A stretch of DNA of 64,000 nucleotides from contig JBBTSA010000002.1 in assembly GCA_038064895.1 (NCBI GenBank), forward strand, positions 8,942 through 72,941, written 5' to 3'. A program made the position numbers and the translations under genes. Under the pieces are notes generated by a model that saw only the letters and a list, made by a program, of their open reading frames with translations, searched no databases and was not told the origin of the DNA. The stretch is from Patescibacteria group bacterium. GTDB taxonomy: Bacteria > Patescibacteriota > Microgenomatia > Daviesbacterales > UBA10151. Below, in pieces: positions 48,187 through 55,888 of the stretch (its first letter is position 1; each line of letters begins with the position of its first letter).

Positions 48187-50663
48187 TTAAAATTTTAATT
48201 TTTTGTTTTGCATTTCTACTTGCAACTTTTGCGTTTACTGGGTCCATTGCTGCACAACAAACAACTAGGCAATATATTGTAAGACCATATTTAGTAATCC
48301 CTTCTGACTGGAATACACCGGAAACTCTTGAACAAATCCCAACCTTTAAACAAGATATCTTACAAGCTTTAGAAGAAGTACAAACTTGGTATGCAGAAAA
48401 CGCAAATGGTAAAACTTTTAATCTTGATGAAGAAGTTCGGGTTGTTTTCCCTCAAACAGCAGTTGTAGAAAGGCGTTTAGGAAATAGTAATATTGAGGAT
48501 TTAGTGCCTAACGAGGAAAATGGAGTAGTAAACACTAATTGGATTGTAGGTTTATGGTCAGGAAGTGCTTTGGGAACTGGAGCTGGAAACCAACTTTCTT
48601 CCATAGGCAATGCCCGTTTAAGCTTTGATCAATTATTGGATTTGCATAATGTTGAAATTAAGGAAGGAATAAGTTATAGAGAAAATGCTATAAAAATACT
48701 TACCCATGAGTTAGGTCATGCTTTTGGTCTAGTTAATGCAGGATATGCCCTTAGTCATCCTTGCACTCAAATAAGTAAAAACGAATGTAGAGATGGTGCT
48801 CCACAACCCTTACCCCAACCTGAAGAATGGAATGGTAGTGTAATGGGGCAAGCTTTTACGAGCTTTTCCAGAGTGAAATTTAATAACTCAATACACAATC
48901 CTGAATTATGGAAATTATATGGAAGTGCATTTGTTAATCCTCAACGCGAGCCTGCTCCTTCTCCTTTCGGCGCAGCAAAACCGCCATTTCGACCCACTAT
49001 TTTTTATGTTAACCCTCAACCAGTAGAAGTTGGGTCTGTTTTGGAAATACACGGGAACAGTTTTGGTGAAAATAAAGGAGAAGTAAATTTATTCCAACGC
49101 TTTTATTCTACTCGAGAAAATAAAGTAGAACAGATAGTTGAATGGTCAGACCAACTTATCAAGTTTGTGGTAGAAAAACCAGCAGATATGATATGCATTA
49201 TCGTTCCTAGCCCAACCGAACCAAATACAACAATCGGTGAATGCGCAAACATTAAAATAGAAGGGGTACCACTTCCCCCAATCCTTACTATAAATTTATC
49301 AACCACCTGTGGAGAGCCGAAAAGGCCTTTACCTATATTTTCGGATTACAAAAAACTTCTAGGTGTCGAACTTAATAAACTTGAAGATAATGGCCAAGAA
49401 ACTCAAAAAATGAACTGGAGTATAAATGCCACTGCCAAACTACAAGCACTTTTCCTCATTGGGTCAGAATCCCCAGTTGCATTAACAGAAGGAAATCATG
49501 TGCTTAGGGCACCGGTATTGGAAGATGTATCTCCTACGCCGGAGATTGTGCCTATTGAAATAACAGATATCACAAAGTCACAAGAATTGACAGCTAATTT
49601 CCATTATCCAGAGTGTCCTGTGCAACCTAGTCCTACGCCGACTCCTACTTCCACTGCTACCCCTTCAGCTACTCCTATAGGAACCTTTGTTACTGGTTCT
49701 GCCTCATGCACAAAACCTCATAACCATTTAACTAAGGATCACTTTGATGTATCCATTGATATGAATATCCCTCCCCAAAAATCAGACCTAAGCGTCTGGA
49801 CAACGATTACTGATGATCGAAGTGGATCCACAGGACTTCTATCATCTGGTGGGGCCGGAAAAAGTCATACCGAACTTCATGACTCTTTCAGTTCAATAAG
49901 AGGACCAGGCACTACCATGAGTTTTACACCTAATACTAAATATACTGTTAAAGTCTGGGCTGCTCCTTATACTACTGAAAACCCCAAGTTTGATAATCTT
50001 ATTACCCAAACTACATTTATAACTGGTGAGTGCGGAGAACTAGAACAAGTTATTATTTCAAATTATCCTGATTTTAGAGAGAATAATACTCCAATTGATG
50101 AAGGAAGTGAGACAAAAGTTATTGAAAATCCTAGTGAAAATCAGGAAATTAAATGGCAAGATTCAACCTTAAGTGAAGATCAACCAGTATATGTGAGGGA
50201 AGTGTATGAAGACGAAACAGTCAAGGATTATCAGGCTGATTTAGATAATGGAGAAAAAACCCTAGTTGGAAATGTACAAATTGAAGAAGTTGAGCAGCCT
50301 GTACAAGAGAAAAGGGTTACAAAAATATCTATAGAAGATTCTGTTATCTGGTCAAAAGAAGAAGGAAGCTTTCCTGTTAACTTAAATTTAAATGACCAGC
50401 AGGTTTACACTATCTGGGTATATTATTCAGATGATACATCAAAACCTTTCAGTTTAACTTTTCAAAAATCTGTCCAGGAAGAACCGTCTACCCAAGAGCC
50501 CGAATCCACAGATTGTCTTACTTCATGCGGGATAGAAAACGGCCTTAACTGTACTGACCAGGAAAAAGCAGATAAAGAGTGTGCAGATTCCTGGGAGGAT
50601 GATTCTACCTGCAGTTTTACTGATTATGGTCCACCCGAGAGAGGAGACGGATGTATACCATGA
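48183..50663 (+). CDS. Secreted zinc metalloprotease with IPT/TIG domain, PT linker and Cys-rich tail
   Basis: Signal peptide, HELGHAFGL, GSVLEIHGNSFG...WSDQLI, PTPTPT. Confidence 0.8.
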   Translation: MIKILIFCFAFLLATFAFTGSIAAQQTTRQYIVRPYLVIPSDWNTPETLEQIPTFKQDILQALEEVQTWYAENANGKTFNLDEEVRVVFPQTAVVERRLGNSNIEDLVPNEENGVVNTNWIVGLWSGSALGTGAGNQLSSIGNARLSFDQLLDLHNVEIKEGISYRENAIKILTHELGHAFGLVNAGYALSHPCTQISKNECRDGAPQPLPQPEEWNGSVMGQAFTSFSRVKFNNSIHNPELWKLYGSAFVNPQREPAPSPFGAAKPPFRPTIFYVNPQPVEVGSVLEIHGNSFGENKGEVNLFQRFYSTRENKVEQIVEWSDQLIKFVVEKPADMICIIVPSPTEPNTTIGECANIKIEGVPLPPILTINLSTTCGEPKRPLPIFSDYKKLLGVELNKLEDNGQETQKMNWSINATAKLQALFLIGSESPVALTEGNHVLRAPVLEDVSPTPEIVPIEITDITKSQELTANFHYPECPVQPSPTPTPTSTATPSATPIGTFVTGSASCTKPHNHLTKDHFDVSIDMNIPPQKSDLSVWTTITDDRSGSTGLLSSGGAGKSHTELHDSFSSIRGPGTTMSFTPNTKYTVKVWAAPYTTENPKFDNLITQTTFITGECGELEQVIISNYPDFRENNTPIDEGSETKVIENPSENQEIKWQDSTLSEDQPVYVREVYEDETVKDYQADLDNGEKTLVGNVQIEEVEQPVQEKRVTKISIEDSVIWSKEEGSFPVNLNLNDQQVYTIWVYYSDDTSKPFSLTFQKSVQEEPSTQEPESTDCLTSCGIENGLNCTDQEKADKECADSWEDDSTCSFTDYGPPERGDGCIP

Positions 50664-50923
50664 AAGAATATATTAAAAATTTAAGGATCAGCAAAAAACA
50701 AGCTATTATTACTTTGATTCTGCTTTTGGGTATTGTCTTTGGTGTGATTTTAGTGCAAAAACCCCAGATTTTTAAAGGAAGGGCAGATGTTGATATATCT
50801 TCTGCTCTAAATATCCAAGGAACAGGTGGTGAGGCGGTTAAGTGTGTACAACAGACCTGTACTACCAAAGCAGAAGAAGTAACTATTGAAGTCAAAGATC
50901 CTGATATATTCCTTAAGGATTAA
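50660..50923 (+). CDS. Small single-TM protein, paralog of 46014-46256
   Basis: ISKKQA...GVILVQKPQIFKGRA...C...CTT...VTI. Confidence 0.75.
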   Translation: MKEYIKNLRISKKQAIITLILLLGIVFGVILVQKPQIFKGRADVDISSALNIQGTGGEAVKCVQQTCTTKAEEVTIEVKDPDIFLKD

Positions 50924-50983
50924 CCGGTACAACCGAAGCCTCTAATATTTATGGAGATATAATTTTTACGTTCGCCATAGGCG

Positions 50984-51047
50984 AAGGCAAGGTTCTGACA
51001 ACTGAGCAGTAGAATCTCTAATACTGCGAAGGTGTCATGGTCCTTAT
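50984..51047. repeat. Hairpin element copy 2, overlapping the VapC stop codon
   Basis: Similar to 518-580, with compensatory stem changes. Confidence 0.75.
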
Positions 51048-51398
51048 ATCCTTCATTGGAAAATCGGAAGTGTTGTTTGTGACAAGGGTCAAATGGTTAA
51101 GTTTTGCCTGGGCAGCAAGGAAATAGTCTAAAAGCTGTGTTCTTTTGGTTCTCAAAAACTTTTTTCTATATGCTGCTGCTAGTTTAGCAGTGTCAAGGTC
51201 TATAGGCAAAATTGGAAAGCTATCTATTAACTTTTGGAATTGTTTCTCTTCCTTTTCTGTGGCTTGAGACAAAAATTCGCCGACAACTACTACAGATAAA
51301 TAAAGCTCCTTCTCTGCTACTGCTTTTTTAAAAAAGCTTTGACTCGGTTCTTCTCCTATTAATGCTCTAATAATAACATTGGTATCTAAAAGATACAT
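51018..51398 (-). CDS. PIN-domain (VapC-like) toxin
   Basis: YLLDTNVII, LLDYFLAA, LVTNNTSDF. Confidence 0.92.
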   Translation of the reverse strand: MYLLDTNVIIRALIGEEPSQSFFKKAVAEKELYLSVVVVGEFLSQATEKEEKQFQKLIDSFPILPIDLDTAKLAAAYRKKFLRTKRTQLLDYFLAAQAKLNHLTLVTNNTSDFPMKDIRTMTPSQY

Positions 51399-51668
51399 CT
51401 AAAGAATTTTCCTGTCGCGCCTTATTTCCCTTTGCCACTTATTAATATCTACTCCTGCCCAGCCACTTTCCTTAGGGTCTATTGAGCCGCCAAGCTCATC
51501 GGCTAATTTTTTAAGCTCTTCTTTTTCTTTTCTCTCCTCCTCTAGTCTTTTTCTAGCAGCTTTTCTTAAATACTCAGCAAGGGATTCACCACTGGAAGCT
51601 CTTTGACGGTCTATTTCAGCTCTTAAATCTTTTGGTAAATAAATTTGAGTTCTTATAGCTTGATGCAT
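51399..51668 (-). CDS. CopG/RHH antitoxin
   Basis: IRTQIYLP...SLAEYLRKA; TTGACA-17-TATATT promoter. Confidence 0.85.
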   Translation of the reverse strand: MHQAIRTQIYLPKDLRAEIDRQRASSGESLAEYLRKAARKRLEEERKEKEELKKLADELGGSIDPKESGWAGVDINKWQREIRRDRKIL

Positions 51669-51704
51669 ACATCATTAATATACATCACTAGAGTTATTTT
51701 GTCA

Positions 51705-51778
51705 ATAGTTCGATTTCACTCACTATTGATACTGAGCATACTTGAGGTGAGCGTAGTCGAACCAGTCGAATGTATCAA
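51705..51778. repeat. Cluster of nested REP-like palindromes
   Basis: gatactgagc..[ggtgagcgtagtcgaacc]agtcgaatgtatc. Confidence 0.75.
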
Positions 51779-52164
51779 GATAGCACCACCCAGCCTCTTA
51801 GGTCTTTTTTTGGAATCTTTATAGGAGTGGTTAAAAATTGGTCAACTTCCCCTATAAAGATTAAAGTGCCATATTTTGCATTAGATTTAGCTTCCCAATA
51901 CTCTTTACTTTGGGCAATTCTCTTTCCATATCTTTTTCTTAAGTCATTCATATCAACCTCCTCAAGCCCATCATAAAAGACTACCTTTTTTACAAGAAAT
52001 TGACCAACAGGATCCTGACCAGATGGTTTTATATAAACCAAATCCCCGGAAGAAATTTGACCAAAAGGAGGATCTTTCCTTCTTGAAAACCTGCTTTCTA
52101 TGGTCTTTTGACCGGTAAGTATCTTCTCTCCCCCATCCCCCTTAAAAATAGCCAGGTGTTTCAT
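51775..52164 (-). CDS. ASCH/PUA-like domain protein
   Basis: KHLAIF...ILTGQKTIESR (GxKxxExR motif). Confidence 0.8.
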   Translation of the reverse strand: MKHLAIFKGDGGEKILTGQKTIESRFSRRKDPPFGQISSGDLVYIKPSGQDPVGQFLVKKVVFYDGLEEVDMNDLRKRYGKRIAQSKEYWEAKSNAKYGTLIFIGEVDQFLTTPIKIPKKDLRGWVVLS

Positions 52165-52170
52165 GAAATA

Positions 52171-53205
52171 TTATCCACCTATCCTGCAGGCAGCTATGCT
52201 TCCTAAAAGTCCTCTGCCTGCCCCAAAACCTAAAAGCAGGGTGATTTTCCCAGGATCCAGTCTATCCTCCTGGATCAATTTCACCAGGGCCTTTGGAATT
52301 GAGGCAGAGGAAAAATTGCCGTCCTTAAAATCTTCAACTACCTGACCTGCTTTAAAACTTGGGGTCAGTCTTTCCGCGAGTGCTCTCACCATTCTACCTG
52401 AACCCTGGTGAGGCACAATATACCCAACCTCATTTGGATCTATCCCATACTTTGCCATAAACTCCCCTAATGCTTGCGGTATCCTTTCCAAAACTTGTCT
52501 GTACACTGCCGGCCCTTCCTGTCTAAATTTACCATCATGAGATCTATCCACAGGCTCATTAATGAAGGGTTCTCTGACCAATTGCCAGTTAATTGGCATT
52601 CTGATCAGGTTGGTAACTTTATCAATCATCCTACTTTCTGCTGCCAGAATATTAAAATTTACCCCCAGTATAAAACTTAAACCTGCTGCCCCATCAGAAA
52701 AAATAGTTTGAGATAAAGAAGGATCTCTCTTAATTGCTTCCTCCTCTCTTAAATCAACCAGTTTGTCTGAATATTTTTCTGATGCTAAAAAAAATACTCT
52801 CCTGCCCCGGAAAGTGTCCTCGTTTTGTTTCAAAAATACTAGGCCTCTGACAAAACCGGAGCAGGCAGCATATATATCTAATCTTCCTCCTGTCAGATGA
52901 AGTTTTCTTAATACTTCTGTTGCTACATTCACACCGATTGGGAAACTAGTGGAAACTAAAATTAAATCCACCTGATTTTCTGCTAAAACATCTTCAGCCA
53001 CTTTTAAGGCCATATCCACCACTGTCTCATCTTCTGCGGCATGAAACCGGCGCTCAATCCCGGTCTTTTGCAAAATAGATTGGGCTGTTAAAAACTGGCC
53101 GGAACTTACTTCTACCCTCCAGCTTTCAATTGTTTCGTTGGTTAAAACTAAAGCAGGCTTATAAACACCGTAGCTAACAGATGGTCTGGATTCAGCTAAA
53201 ACCAT
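52171..53205 (-). CDS. 3-oxoacyl-ACP synthase III (FabH)-like condensing enzyme
   Basis: TGIERR, AACSGF, FSDGAA, PHQG, GNFSSASIP, GFGAG. Confidence 0.85.
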   Translation of the reverse strand: MVLAESRPSVSYGVYKPALVLTNETIESWRVEVSSGQFLTAQSILQKTGIERRFHAAEDETVVDMALKVAEDVLAENQVDLILVSTSFPIGVNVATEVLRKLHLTGGRLDIYAACSGFVRGLVFLKQNEDTFRGRRVFFLASEKYSDKLVDLREEEAIKRDPSLSQTIFSDGAAGLSFILGVNFNILAAESRMIDKVTNLIRMPINWQLVREPFINEPVDRSHDGKFRQEGPAVYRQVLERIPQALGEFMAKYGIDPNEVGYIVPHQGSGRMVRALAERLTPSFKAGQVVEDFKDGNFSSASIPKALVKLIQEDRLDPGKITLLLGFGAGRGLLGSIAACRIGG

Positions 53206-53281
53206 ATACTTGTTGCAATTATATCACCTACTCTGTTATACTTGACAAAAGGCCTCAAAATATGAGGCTTTTTTAGTGCAA

Positions 53282-53476
53282 ATGCCCAATGTAATTGATT
53301 TTTTAAAAGAAGTTAGAGAGGAACTTACTAAAGTTGCGTGGCCCTCTCGTGATCAAATAATAAGGTATACTATTTTAGTAATAATTGTGGCTATAGTTGT
53401 AGGAATATTTTTAGGAGGTCTGGATTATATTTTGACTTTAGTTACAGCATTTATATTGGAAAACTATGGAAGATGA
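53282..53476 (+). CDS. secE: Preprotein translocase subunit SecE
   Basis: FLKEVREELTKVAWPSR plus TM. Confidence 0.95.
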   Translation: MPNVIDFLKEVREELTKVAWPSRDQIIRYTILVIIVAIVVGIFLGGLDYILTLVTAFILENYGR

Positions 53477-54245
53477 TGATCAAAAACAATTAAATACACC
53501 AACTCAGGAACCAGAACAGCCTAGTGAGGAGGCACCGAAGTCAAGTGAGCCAGAAGCAGTTGGTGAAGCTCCACAGTCCGAAGAGGTAGGAGTTTCAGAA
53601 GATACTGGTGTGGAGCAAACCCACAGCGAGGCTCAAGACACTACCCAAGAATCAGAATCTAGTGAGCCGAGTGGTGCTTCTGCCACTGACGAGGTGCCGA
53701 CTGTGAAAAAAAATGATAACCCTAATGCCAAATGGTATGTTGTGCATACCTACTCCGGCCATGAAAACAGGGTTGCTGCTGCTTTAAAACAAAGAGTTGA
53801 ATCCGAAGGTCTTGCAAGCAAAATTTTGGATATTTTGGTTCCTATGCAGGATAAAATAGAAATAAGATCGGGTAAAAAACAAACTATAAAAGAAAAAATC
53901 TTTCCGGGATATATTTTGGTTAAAATGGTATTGGATGATACCTCCTGGCTTGCTGTCAGAACCACCCAGGGTGTAACCTCATTTGTGGGGATTGGCAACA
54001 AACCTACACCTATTTCGGATGCGGAGGTTCAAACCATAGTTAAATTCACCCAGGAAGAAGCTCCTGTTTATAAACAGGTATTTGCTGTTTCGGATACTGT
54101 TAAAATAATTGACGGTCCTTTTGCGGACTTTATTGGAAAAGTAGACTCCCTTGATGAAGAAAAAGGTAAACTGCGGATTTTGGTTTCTATTTTTGGAAGG
54201 GAAACACCAGTAGAATTGGATTTCCTGCAGGTACAAAAGATATGA
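53466..54245 (+). CDS. nusG: Transcription factor NusG with acidic N-terminal extension
   Basis: WYVVHTYSGHE, FPGYILV, GPFADF, IFGRETPVEL. Confidence 0.97.
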   Translation: MEDDDQKQLNTPTQEPEQPSEEAPKSSEPEAVGEAPQSEEVGVSEDTGVEQTHSEAQDTTQESESSEPSGASATDEVPTVKKNDNPNAKWYVVHTYSGHENRVAAALKQRVESEGLASKILDILVPMQDKIEIRSGKKQTIKEKIFPGYILVKMVLDDTSWLAVRTTQGVTSFVGIGNKPTPISDAEVQTIVKFTQEEAPVYKQVFAVSDTVKIIDGPFADFIGKVDSLDEEKGKLRILVSIFGRETPVELDFLQVQKI

Positions 54246-54246
54246 G

Positions 54247-54360
54247 AATTGACCTAATTGATCTAATTAACCTAATTTCTAAACAAATCCCAATGACTAA
54301 TTTTGGAAATTGGTGCTTAAGTCATTGTTTAGGTCAATTAGAAATTAGAAATTAGAAATT
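54247..54360. repeat. ~115 bp imperfect-palindrome element built of 7/9-mers; inverted copy at 62042-62163
   Basis: aattgacctaatt...caaatcccaatgac...taagtcatt.tttaggtcaattagaaattag. Confidence 0.85.
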
Positions 54361-54380
54361 CAAGATTAAATGGAATAAAT

Positions 54381-54809
54381 ATGGCTCAGAAGAAAATAAA
54401 GACTTATATAAAACTTAATATCCCTGCAGCTACAGCCACGGCTGCTCCTCCTGTTGGACCTGCTTTGGGCCAGCATGGACTCCCTATAATGGAGTTTGTT
54501 AAAGCTTTTAATGAAAAGACAAAAGACAAACAGGGAAATATCTTGCCTGTAGTTATTACTGTTTATGAGGACAGAACCTTTTCTTTTATTACTAAAGAGC
54601 CTCCTGTGGCAGAGATGGTTAAAAAAACTCTTTCTCTGGAAAAAGGATCCGGTAGGGCTTTGAAAGAACCTGTGGGATCACTTAGTCAGGCCCAGGTCAG
54701 ACAAATAGCGGAAGCAAAGTTACCTGATTTAAATACTAAAGATCTGGAAGCAGCTGTAAAGATTGTTGAAGGAACAGCCAAAAGTATGGGGGTAAAGATA
54801 CAAGTATAA
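54381..54809 (+). CDS. rplK: 50S ribosomal protein L11
   Basis: APPVGPALGQHG, PVVITVYEDRTF. Confidence 0.98.
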   Translation: MAQKKIKTYIKLNIPAATATAAPPVGPALGQHGLPIMEFVKAFNEKTKDKQGNILPVVITVYEDRTFSFITKEPPVAEMVKKTLSLEKGSGRALKEPVGSLSQAQVRQIAEAKLPDLNTKDLEAAVKIVEGTAKSMGVKIQV

Positions 54810-54924
54810 GTACCAAGTATCCAAATAACAAGTACCAAACAATGACCAAATTCTAAAATTTTAAATTTAAATATTGGTTATTAGAATTTGTTTGGATACT
54901 TGGAAAACTTGGATCTTGGAATTT
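54808..54924. repeat. Imperfect-palindrome element with period-7/8 arms
   Basis: ccaagtatccaaa pairs with tttggatacttgg; ttctaa with ttagaa. Confidence 0.7.
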
Positions 54925-54943
54925 ACGACTGAAAGGAGTAATT

Positions 54944-55882
54944 GTGGGTAAAACAAAGATTAAAACAATTGATGATTCTGCTCCAGTGGAGGGAGAAAAG
55001 GAAAAAACTTCTAATAAACCAAGAAAGACTGCGAAGTCTGAAGTCGACAAAGTAATCGGTGAAGTTGAGAGTGCTCCAAAGGAAGTCTCTGATGCCGATG
55101 AAGCGAGGGGTGACAGCGAGGAGGGTTCCCGACGCGTAGCCGCAGCGAGTGAAACGAGCGAGGATGCACGGCGGGACACCGAGCTGGCAGGACCCCGAGC
55201 GCAGAAGAAATCTCAGAAGCCAGGCAAAGCCAAGCCAAGATCCAAGAAATACCAGGAAGTTTTCAAAGATTTGGACCGCACAAAATCCTATCCCCTGGAT
55301 GAAGCAGTTGACATGGTTAAAAAATTATCCTATGCTAAATTTAATGCCACCATAGAGGCTCACATAAACACGGTGCAAACAGGGCTTCGCGGTTTTGTCT
55401 CCTTACCTTATGCATCGGGTAAAAAAATTCGCATCCTAGCCTTCGGAAAAGGCGCTGAGCAATCTGGCGCGGATAAAGTTGGTACTGATGAGGTAATTGA
55501 GGATATTATTAAAGGTAAAGTTGATTTTGATTTAGTTGTAACTACCCCAGAATGGATGGCAAAGCTTGCCAAACTAGCCAAAGTTTTAGGCCCAAAAGGT
55601 CTTATGCCAAATCCTAAAAGTGGAACTATAACTGCTGATATTAAAAAGGCAGTTGAGAGTTTCCAGGCAGGAAAAACTGAATATGGATTTAAACAAGTTT
55701 ATAAAACAGAAGCCAAAACACCTGTTATTCATCTTGCCTTAGGCAAAATAAACCAACCTACAGATGAGCTGACACAGAATATTAAAGTCTTATTATCCAC
55801 CTTGGGAAAAACCAAAATCAAAAGAGTCTCCCTATCTCCTACCATGGGCCCATCAGTGAAACTGGATTTGAATTCAATTTAA
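54944..55882 (+). CDS. rplA: 50S ribosomal protein L1 with N-terminal extension
   Basis: LGPKGLMPNPKSGT, SPTMGPSV. Confidence 0.96.
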   Translation: MGKTKIKTIDDSAPVEGEKEKTSNKPRKTAKSEVDKVIGEVESAPKEVSDADEARGDSEEGSRRVAAASETSEDARRDTELAGPRAQKKSQKPGKAKPRSKKYQEVFKDLDRTKSYPLDEAVDMVKKLSYAKFNATIEAHINTVQTGLRGFVSLPYASGKKIRILAFGKGAEQSGADKVGTDEVIEDIIKGKVDFDLVVTTPEWMAKLAKLAKVLGPKGLMPNPKSGTITADIKKAVESFQAGKTEYGFKQVYKTEAKTPVIHLALGKINQPTDELTQNIKVLLSTLGKTKIKRVSLSPTMGPSVKLDLNSI

Positions 55883-55888
55883 TATCCC

